Origin: Thermoanaerobaculia bacterium
GTDB lineage: Bacteria; Acidobacteriota; Thermoanaerobaculia; Gp7-AA8
Direction of reading: 5' to 3'
Assembly (NCBI GenBank): GCA_035996815.1
Contig: DASYJF010000114.1
Span: 70,786 to 134,785, forward strand
DNA length: 64,000 nucleotides
The position numbers and the translations under genes are program-made. Below the pieces are notes generated by a model. That model had not been told where the DNA came from, ran no database searches, and saw only the letters and a list, made by a program, of their open reading frames with translations. Below are positions 8,428-15,316 of this stretch, piece after piece; position 1 is the stretch's first letter; each line of letters begins with the position of its first letter.

Positions 8428-9603
8428 TCACCACGCAAGCACCAAGTGCTTTGCCAGGTAGTACCAGAGGCTGGCGGACGTGATCAGGATGAACCACCTT
8501 GCGGGCGCGGATGACGGGATGATCAGCGCGGCGCTGACCAGGAACGCGTCGGCGAAGATGCGCAGGAAGCCGTAGTCCTCAATCCAGATCGTGTGCGGCA
8601 GGATGGAAAAGAGGGCCAGGTATCCGACCCAGGCCAGCCGCCACTCCAGCGGCGCGCGCGTCCGCCGCCACACCAGCACGATGGCGATGACGACGCCGGC
8701 CAGGAACAGACTCTCGAGGAAGTAGAGACGCTCTTGGTGATCGCGGCGCATGGACGCGGCGGCCAGGAACCGCGCGTACTCGACGAAGGGCAACGCGCGA
8801 TCGGGTGCTCCGGCCCGGAGCGGCGTGACGCCCCAACACGCGGCCAGGACGATTTGCCAGAGCGCGTAGGCCGCCATCGGAAGCGCGAACATGACGGCGT
8901 CGATGCGGCGCTCGCGGCGCAGAAGTCGGTCGGCCAGCCAGACGGCGGCCAGTGCTACGGCCAGCAGCAGCGTCGTTTCCCGCGTCAGCACCGCAGCCGT
9001 GAGCAGCAGCGCGGCCGTCACGTTGCGGCGCGAGGCGGCGGCCCAGATCGCGCCCATCGCGAACGCGGCGGCGGCGATCTCGGACAGATCGCGCGAAAAC
9101 GTCAGCACGAATCCGGGATAGAGCGGCACGATCACGCCCCACATCGCGTGCAATCCGAACTTCTTCGCGAATGCTCCGCCGAAAGCGGCCATCGCCGCGG
9201 CAGCGAGGATGTTGACGATCACGAGTAGCCACGGAATCCATTTCACGCGGCCCAGCGACAACATCCAGACGATGAACGGATAACCGATCCGTTGCTGCCG
9301 GTACGGAGGGTTATCAATCCGGATCCCGTGCGCCGCCTGCACGCGCGTGAACGGATTGATAGCCAGTCGGTAGAACCAGATTCCGTCGTAGCCGCCGATC
9401 TTCGGGATCACGGTCAGCCCGGGCGGCACTTTCGAGGCATCGACGTTTTGTCCGCCGGCGATGACGAAGAGGGAAACGTCGCCTCCTCGGGTTCTAAGCA
9501 GCAGAACGAAAAAGGCGATGTAGCAGATCGCGATCACGATCGCCGGGGTGAGCGGCGAACCGGGATTCGATCGATCTCGAAGAATCGGGCGCAGGCTCCT
9601 CAC
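8428..9603 (-). CDS. polytopic inner-membrane protein (about 10-12 TM), possibly a GT-C-like glycopolymer/cell-surface biogenesis protein
   Basis: 391-aa ORF with many hydrophobic helices. GTG start overlaps the upstream stop (GTGA). Function is inferred from topology only. Confidence 0.7.
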   Translation of the reverse strand: MRSLRPILRDRSNPGSPLTPAIVIAICYIAFFVLLLRTRGGDVSLFVIAGGQNVDASKVPPGLTVIPKIGGYDGIWFYRLAINPFTRVQAAHGIRIDNPPYRQQRIGYPFIVWMLSLGRVKWIPWLLVIVNILAAAAMAAFGGAFAKKFGLHAMWGVIVPLYPGFVLTFSRDLSEIAAAAFAMGAIWAAASRRNVTAALLLTAAVLTRETTLLLAVALAAVWLADRLLRRERRIDAVMFALPMAAYALWQIVLAACWGVTPLRAGAPDRALPFVEYARFLAAASMRRDHQERLYFLESLFLAGVVIAIVLVWRRTRAPLEWRLAWVGYLALFSILPHTIWIEDYGFLRIFADAFLVSAALIIPSSAPARWFILITSASLWYYLAKHLVLAW

Positions 9604-10076
9604 TTCGTCTTGCCGGCGGCCTTCCTGCCCTTGCCGCGGATGTGGTTTACCCGCTTCATCTCCGCGAGGTGCGGGAGCAGGTGTTGAAACTCCTTCTTCC
9701 GGACCAGTTGGCGAACGACGGCGTAGATCTGCAGAACGGCGGTGCCGACGGCGTGACGGCGCTTGAGGTTTGCAGCGCTCACGCCGCGAAGCATCGACAT
9801 TAGTTCATCTTCGACGGCGCTCCAACGCTGGGCATCGTCCCGTTGTTGCCAGAAGTCTTCGACCGGCGCGCCGATGACGCTCGGCATGCGCGGATCCGCG
9901 CCGCCGGTAATGAGAGCGGCTTCCACGAATTCGGAATTGAGATGTGCTACGCGCGTCATCGAACGCGTCTGGCGAATGGTCAACTGCTGGAACTTCGGGA
10001 TGCGCGCCCGCAGCCGGCGAAGCTCCTCCACCAGCTCCGCGGGTTCAATCGGAGTGACTTCGGGATCATCGCTCAT
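9600..10076 (-). CDS. hypothetical protein, paralogue B of the duplicated unknown family; translationally coupled to the downstream membrane protein
   Basis: Aligns with the 6055..6600 product. Its stop overlaps the start of the 8428..9603 gene by 4 bp. Confidence 0.6.
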   Translation of the reverse strand: MSDDPEVTPIEPAELVEELRRLRARIPKFQQLTIRQTRSMTRVAHLNSEFVEAALITGGADPRMPSVIGAPVEDFWQQRDDAQRWSAVEDELMSMLRGVSAANLKRRHAVGTAVLQIYAVVRQLVRKKEFQHLLPHLAEMKRVNHIRGKGRKAAGKTK

Positions 10077-10189
10077 GACTCATGGAAGCGCGGCCCGGCC
10101 ACGAAGTCAAGAAAGGCGTCCTCGAAATGAGCTTGCGAGCGTACAGCAATGACAAAAGACACCCCCGACAAGGCGATTCGCTCACGGTG

Positions 10190-10531
10190 TTGATGTCGCC
10201 GGCATCAACGCCATGTCCGCCGCTGCACATTTTGATGTTCTGGAACATCAATCGATAGAGCCAGACCTCCTCTGTTGATGCGGGCTACATCAACAGACCA
10301 GGACGCGGTTGACCATTTTGATGGATGCCTGCATCAACATAGGCAGGGGGTCTTCAGTACTTGATGTCGGCGACTATTCGTTTGCTGTCGAAGGCATCAA
10401 CGCAGGCCTCGCGTGATCACCAATTTGATGTCATGGACATCAACGGGCGCAGTCTTCACGTGTCTTTTGATGTCGCAAACATCAAATGGAGTGAAGTCTG
10501 CCAAAGTGCTGCGCACGAAGGATGTTTGATG
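10190..10531. promoter_or_regulatory. array of about 7.5 dyad-symmetric sites TTGATG-N7/8-CATCAA at about 43-bp periodicity in a divergent intergenic region
   Basis: Dyads at 10190-10208, 10232-10251, 10275-10293, 10318-10337, 10361-10400 (long spacer), 10425-10443 and 10467-10485, plus a half site at 10526. Centre-to-centre spacing is 42-43 bp, or 53 bp around the long-spacer site. Confidence 0.7.
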
Positions 10532-10720
10532 CCCGCCGGAACCGCGGCACCTTTCGCGAAGCTTTGGAGTGCGGTGGCGATCGAGCCACCGCTTTGGGAG
10601 GGAGGGGGAAGCGTTCCCGTCGCGCGTACGCAAGCATCACATGCTGCGTATCGTCACCATTCCACCGCCCTCCCAAAGCGGCAGCTATGCCGCGCGCACT
10701 CCAAAGTGCTGCGCACGAAA
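10499..10720. repeat. interspersed structured repeat family E (CCAAAGTGCTGCGCACGAA ... GCTTTGGAGTGCGGTGGCGATCGAGCCACCGCTTTGGGAGGG), about 1.5 copies
   Basis: Near-identical to the reverse complement of 59805-59945. Contains internal inverted repeats. Confidence 0.75.
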
Positions 10721-10824
10721 ATTGTCTCATTCGCAGCTTCGCTCCTGACACGCAGACATCCCAATCCTCCTCGATCGCAATCCGCCGTAACTTTTCTCCT
10801 CCTCGGCGGTTTAATGGGCGATTC

Positions 10825-11358
10825 ATGGATCGCGCAATCGAAGAACGTGAGCGGCTGCTGATCGAGGCCGCACAGCAGGACCCGAAGCGGTTCGCGGAGT
10901 TGTACGAGGAGAACTTCGGGCGGGTGTGGGCGTTCGTGATCAGGCGGGTAGGTGAACGCTCGGTTGCGCAGGACATTACGTCCGAGGTGTTTCATCAGGC
11001 GCTGGCGAACGTGGGGCGATTCGAATGGCGCGGGCTGCCGTTCGCGGCGTGGCTGTATCGGATTGCGGCGAATGCGATCGCCGATCACTTTGCGAAATCG
11101 GCGCGCGAGCAGAGTACCGAGGCCGAGGTAACCGTACCGCCGCATGAGATCGAAGACATTGAGCGCCGCGCGTCGCTGTATCGCTTCGTCGATCGACTTC
11201 CGGCCGAGCAACGGCGCGTGCTGGTCATGCGGTTCGCCGAGGAACGAAGCATCCGCGAAATCGCATCGGTCATCGGACGGAGCGAAGGCGCGGTCAAACA
11301 ACTTCAATGGAGAGGCCTGCAGACGTTGCGGGCCCGAATGGGTACGAATCATGGCTGA
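10825..11358 (+). CDS. ECF-family RNA polymerase sigma factor (sigma-70 regions 2 and 4)
   Basis: ERERLLIEAAQQDP..FAELYEENFGRVWAFV (region 2) and a C-terminal EQRRVLVMRF..ERSIREIASVIGRSEGAVKQL helix-turn-helix (region 4). Confidence 0.9.
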   Translation: MDRAIEERERLLIEAAQQDPKRFAELYEENFGRVWAFVIRRVGERSVAQDITSEVFHQALANVGRFEWRGLPFAAWLYRIAANAIADHFAKSAREQSTEAEVTVPPHEIEDIERRASLYRFVDRLPAEQRRVLVMRFAEERSIREIASVIGRSEGAVKQLQWRGLQTLRARMGTNHG

Positions 11359-12358
11359 GCGCGATCTGATCGAACGGCTCGACGATGCGATCGAGGCCAT
11401 CCTGGCCGGTCGCCGCGATGGCCTCGCGATGGCCGAGCCGGAGTTGGCCACGCTGTTGATGGCCGTGGACGATCTGCGCGCGCTGCCCGATCCCGCATTC
11501 AAATCGCAATTGTTGGCGGAGCTGGTTCCGCCGATGGAGGATGAGATGACGACAACTGAATTTCCGTCGATCCGGCCGTATCTGCTCGTTCCCGATGCCG
11601 ACGGGATGATCGCTTTTCTGCAAAAGACGCTCGGCGCCGAGTTGCTGGGGCGCTATGCGGCACCGGACGGGCGCGTGATGCATGCGGCGATGCGTGTGGG
11701 CGACTCGCTGATCGAGATGGGTGAGCCGGAGTCCGGACCGAAGACAATGGCGTTGCACATCTACCTCGATGACGTAGATGGCGCATACGACCGTGCGCTC
11801 GCCGCGGGCGCGACCTCGACGCTGTCGATCACCGACCAGGCGTATGGCGATCGCGAAGGAGGCGTGAAGGATCGGTGGGGCAACGCGTGGTACCTGGCCA
11901 CGCATCAGGAGGAGGTCACGGAGGAGGAGTTGATGCAGCGCTTCGGCGGCGGCGGAACCAAGCCGGCGAAGCAGCCGGGCGTCGGTCCGCGTCCCGAGGG
12001 GTATCACACGGTGACGCCGTTCCTGCATGTACGCGGCGCGCGAAAGATGATCGCCTTCCTCGCCGATGCATTCGGCGGGACGACGGCGCACGTCACCGAC
12101 ATGCCGGACCGCGAAGTGGCACACGCCGCGGTGCGCATCGGCGATTCGCTGATCGAGCTCGGCGAAGCGCATGGCGAGTCGCAGCCGATGCCTGCGGCGA
12201 TCCACCTCTTCGTCGCCGATGTCGACTCGGTCTACGAGCGCGCGCTCCGCGCCGGAGCGACGTCAGTTGAGCCGCCCGCGGACAAGCCGTACGGCGAGCG
12301 GGGAGCGTTCGTGATCGATCCGTTCGAGAACCAGTGGTTCATTGCAACGGCGAAGTAA
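11351..12358 (+). CDS. anti-sigma-like N-terminal segment fused to tandem VOC/glyoxalase-fold (PhnB-like) domains
   Basis: ATG overlaps the sigma stop (ATGGCTGA). A helical N-terminal segment of about 65 aa is followed by two repeats of a VOC-like module (..MIAFLQKTLGAEL...DRWGNAWYLATH; ..MIAFLADAFGG...DPFENQWFIATAK). Confidence 0.75.
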   Translation: MAERDLIERLDDAIEAILAGRRDGLAMAEPELATLLMAVDDLRALPDPAFKSQLLAELVPPMEDEMTTTEFPSIRPYLLVPDADGMIAFLQKTLGAELLGRYAAPDGRVMHAAMRVGDSLIEMGEPESGPKTMALHIYLDDVDGAYDRALAAGATSTLSITDQAYGDREGGVKDRWGNAWYLATHQEEVTEEELMQRFGGGGTKPAKQPGVGPRPEGYHTVTPFLHVRGARKMIAFLADAFGGTTAHVTDMPDREVAHAAVRIGDSLIELGEAHGESQPMPAAIHLFVADVDSVYERALRAGATSVEPPADKPYGERGAFVIDPFENQWFIATAK

Positions 12359-12439
12359 CGGTTTCCGCGGAGACGCGGAGGCGCGGAGAAACCCGAGGAC
12401 GAATCGTCCGTAGCACCACCGACAAATCACGATCGAGGT

Positions 12440-14326
12440 GTGTTCATGCGGATGGTGCGAGTGGTAGTGGCGGTAGTAGTCGTCGCGCTGGCGTCGACGG
12501 CGGGCTTTGCGCAGTCGAAAGAGCGGGCGGACATTCCGGAGCAGTCGAAGTGGCGGCTCGCGGATTTGTATGCGAGCGACGAGGCATGGCGCGCGGCGAA
12601 GGACAAGCTCGTGGCGCGTATCCCCGAGGTGCAGAAGTACAAGGGGACGCTGGCGCAGTCGCCGCAGCAACTCGCGTCCGCGCTAGTGCTGCTCAGCGAT
12701 TTGAACAAGGAGTTTTCGCGCGTCTACGTTTACACGGGACTCATCGCTGACCAGGACACGCGCGTCGCGAAGTACCGCGCCATGAAGCAGGAGATGGATC
12801 AGCTCGGGTCATCGTTCGGCGCCGACACAGCATTCGTCGAGCCGGAGATTCTGAAGATCGATCGCACCACGATCGACGCGTTCATCGCGAAGGAGCCGAA
12901 GCTCGCGCCGTATACGTTCTACTTGCACGACCTGCTGCGTCGTCAGGCGCACACGCTGTCGGAGCCGGAGGAGAAAATCATCGCCGATGCGGGTCTGATG
13001 TCGTCCGCGCCGGGCGATGTCTACGGCGTCTTCACCAATGCCGACTTCCCGTTCCCGACCATCACGCTCGCCGACGGCACCACGCGAAAGCTCGACCTGG
13101 CCACGTTTTCCGTTTCGCGTTCGCTGCCGAATCGCGAGGATCGCAAGAAAGTCTTCGACGCATTCTTCGGCGCGCTCGGCGACTACCGCGGCACGATCGG
13201 TACTGCACTGAACGCGGAAGTTCAGAAGGATCTGTTCTACATGCGGGCGCGGAAGTATCCGACCATGCTCGACGCCGCGCTCGAGCCCGACTCGATCCCG
13301 ACCTCGGTCTACACGAAGCTGATCGACGGCGTGAACGCGAACCTGCCGACGTTCCATCGCTATCTGAACCTTCGCAAGCGGATGCTCGGTCTGAGCGATC
13401 TGCACTACTACGATCTCTACGCGCCGCTCGTGGCCAATACGAAGCTGGAGTACTCGCTCGACGAAGCGAAGAAGAACATCCTCGGCGCGGTCGCACCGCT
13501 CGGCACCGGCTACACGAGCGTCATCGAGCGCGCATTCAACGATCGCTGGATCGATCTCTATCCGAATGCCGGCAAACGCACCGGCGCGTATTCGAACGGC
13601 GGCGCGTACGACGTCCATCCGTTCATGCTCATCAACTACAACGGCCGCTACGACGACATGAGCACGGTCGCGCACGAGCTTGGCCACACGATGCAGAGCT
13701 ACTTCTCGAACAAGACGCAGCCGTATCCGACGGCCGGCTATCCGATCTTTGTGGCCGAGGTAGCGTCGACGTTCAATGAAGCGCTGCTGAATGACTACAT
13801 GCTCAAGCAGATCAAGGATCCGGCCACGCGGCTGTCGCTGCTCGGCAATTACCTGGAAGGCATGAAGGGCACCGTCTTCCGCCAGACGCAGTTCGCGGAG
13901 TTCGAATTGCGCATCCACCAGGCGGCGGAGAAGGGTGAGCCGCTGACCGGCGACACGTTCGACACGATGTACCTCGACATCGTGAAGCGTTACTACGGCG
14001 ACGACAAAGGTGTGTGCAAGGTCGACGACGTGGTGAAGCACGAGTGGGCGTACATCCCGCACTTTTACCGGACGTTCTACGTCTATCAATACGCGACGTC
14101 AGCGACGGCGTCCGCGGCGTTGTCGGAGAAGGTGATGTCCGGCGATGCAAACGCGACGAAGCGTTACCTTGCGTTCCTCTCCGCGGGCGGATCGAAGTAT
14201 CCGATCGATCTGCTGAAGGACGCGGGCGTGGACATGACGACGTCCGAGCCGCTCGACCTGACGATGAAGAAGATGAATCGCGTGATGGACGAGATGGAAG
14301 CGATTTTGAAGCAGATGGGGAAGTAG
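12440..14326 (+). CDS. pepF: oligoendopeptidase F (M3B family), secreted
   Basis: HELGH zinc-binding motif, about 628 aa, signal peptide. Overall M3B-like sequence. Confidence 0.85.
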   Translation: MFMRMVRVVVAVVVVALASTAGFAQSKERADIPEQSKWRLADLYASDEAWRAAKDKLVARIPEVQKYKGTLAQSPQQLASALVLLSDLNKEFSRVYVYTGLIADQDTRVAKYRAMKQEMDQLGSSFGADTAFVEPEILKIDRTTIDAFIAKEPKLAPYTFYLHDLLRRQAHTLSEPEEKIIADAGLMSSAPGDVYGVFTNADFPFPTITLADGTTRKLDLATFSVSRSLPNREDRKKVFDAFFGALGDYRGTIGTALNAEVQKDLFYMRARKYPTMLDAALEPDSIPTSVYTKLIDGVNANLPTFHRYLNLRKRMLGLSDLHYYDLYAPLVANTKLEYSLDEAKKNILGAVAPLGTGYTSVIERAFNDRWIDLYPNAGKRTGAYSNGGAYDVHPFMLINYNGRYDDMSTVAHELGHTMQSYFSNKTQPYPTAGYPIFVAEVASTFNEALLNDYMLKQIKDPATRLSLLGNYLEGMKGTVFRQTQFAEFELRIHQAAEKGEPLTGDTFDTMYLDIVKRYYGDDKGVCKVDDVVKHEWAYIPHFYRTFYVYQYATSATASAALSEKVMSGDANATKRYLAFLSAGGSKYPIDLLKDAGVDMTTSEPLDLTMKKMNRVMDEMEAILKQMGK

Positions 14327-14329
14327 ATT

Positions 14330-14465
14330 CGTTTGTTACGCGCGCCTCCGCGCGCGATTTGTGGCGGCCGCCTCCGCGGCCGCGGTGTCCTGGCAGGTCC
14401 CTCGAACCCCGCGCTGAGCGCGGGGCTGGATTGTTACGCGCGCCTCCGCGCGCGACGGCGAACGC
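14330..14465. repeat. interspersed repeat family B (GCGCGCCTCCGCGCGC / GGCCGCCTCCGCGGCC / GAGCGCGGGGCTGGATTG motifs)
   Basis: Shares long blocks with 36900-37140 in inverted orientation. Confidence 0.7.
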
Positions 14466-14478
14466 GCGCTTGCGCCCG

Positions 14479-14629
14479 GAGCGCTGGCGTCTCGCCGGCT
14501 GGCTCGGCGGCGTCCCGCCGCCGAATATGAGGCTTGCGCGGGCTTCGTGTCACCAGCGAATGTTGAGGGTTTCGCGGTCCGGCGGCGAGACGCCGCCGGG
14601 CCAGCCGGCGAGGACGCCAGCCCTCCATC
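14479..14629. repeat. MITE-like repeat family A (about 145 bp; terminal inverted repeats GAGCGCTGGCGTCTCGCCGGCTGGCTCGGCGGCGTCC ... GGCGAGACGCCGCCGRGCCAGCCGGCGAGGACGCCAGC)
   Basis: Copies are also at 21737-21880 and 42861-43005. A half copy lies at 18931-18965. They produce recurring ERWRLAGWLGG pseudo-ORFs. Confidence 0.8.
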
Positions 14630-14639
14630 GCTGGAAGAG

Positions 14640-15215
14640 CTACCCCGGAAACCGTCCGCGCCCGCCCATGCCGCCCCGTCCGCCGCGGCCTCCGTAGCCG
14701 CGGTTGGGGCGGTCGGTGTCGCGCCGTGAGGCGGTGATCGCGTTCTGCAGCGCGGTCCACTGTTGCTGGGTGAGGAGGGTGCGTTCCGAGGCGAGGAGTT
14801 GGACGCGGCGATCGAAGAGCGCATCGCGGATGCCGCGCAGACGCCCGCCGGCTCCGGTGATGTCAGCCGCCGCAGGCTGATTCGCTTCGACGGTTTGGCG
14901 TAGGTCGCGCGCGGCCACCATGCTGTCGCGCTCGAGCTTCGCGATCTCTCCGCTTTGTTCGCTGCTGACGCGATCGAGCGACGCTGTCTGATCGGGCGTG
15001 ACATTGACGGCGACGCTGATCCTGGGATCGTGCCACCAGTCGGATGGCGGCATCAGCTCAAGTCCGTCGCCGGCACCTTCCGTTCGGACGCCCGCGAACC
15101 CACCGCGGTCGCCTCCGCCGGGAGAGCCCTGCGGCGAACGGCGATCGCGATCGTCCATGTCCGATGTGCAGGCAGCGAGAACAACGAGAGCGAGAAGCGA
15201 AAGTGTGCGTTTCAT
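14640..15215 (-). CDS. periplasmic LTXXQ-motif protein (Spy/CpxP/ZraP family), lipoprotein-type signal peptide, Gly-Arg-rich tail
   Basis: LLALVVLAAC lipobox-like signal peptide. LLTQQQW matches the LTXXQ motif. Confidence 0.65.
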   Translation of the reverse strand: MKRTLSLLALVVLAACTSDMDDRDRRSPQGSPGGGDRGGFAGVRTEGAGDGLELMPPSDWWHDPRISVAVNVTPDQTASLDRVSSEQSGEIAKLERDSMVAARDLRQTVEANQPAAADITGAGGRLRGIRDALFDRRVQLLASERTLLTQQQWTALQNAITASRRDTDRPNRGYGGRGGRGGMGGRGRFPG

Positions 15216-15316
15216 GCGAACGAGGCTACGACCTCGGTCAGACTCCGTTGAAGCGGATGTGTGACGTTTGCCGTAAAATCCCCGCGGTCCACCAATCCGG
15301 CAGAAACGAGGTATAT

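Noticed and set aside
8579-9241. Pair of about 210-aa ORFs on both strands inside the membrane-protein gene.
   Set aside because: Arg/Gly/Asp-rich low-complexity translations typical of off-frame high-GC coding DNA. The in-frame polytopic membrane protein (8428..9603) explains the region.
10190-10531. Considered a CRISPR array or a coding region (track ORFs 10361..10861 + and 10397..10633 -).
   Set aside because: The conserved parts are 6-bp palindrome arms with 7-8 bp centres (19-20 bp sites). Linkers are not conserved but the spacing is fixed. This fits neither CRISPR repeat/spacer geometry nor codon periodicity. The ORFs have no ribosome-binding site or start context and are biased by repeats.
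14014-15004. Track ORFs 14014..14697 +, 14336..15004 - and others with ERWRLAGWLGG and Arg/Pro-rich peptides. Similar ORFs lie at 18838..19026, 21723..21932 and the N-terminal part of 42384..44090.
   Set aside because: They lie entirely within MITE-like repeat families A and B. The recurring peptide is a repeat artefact.
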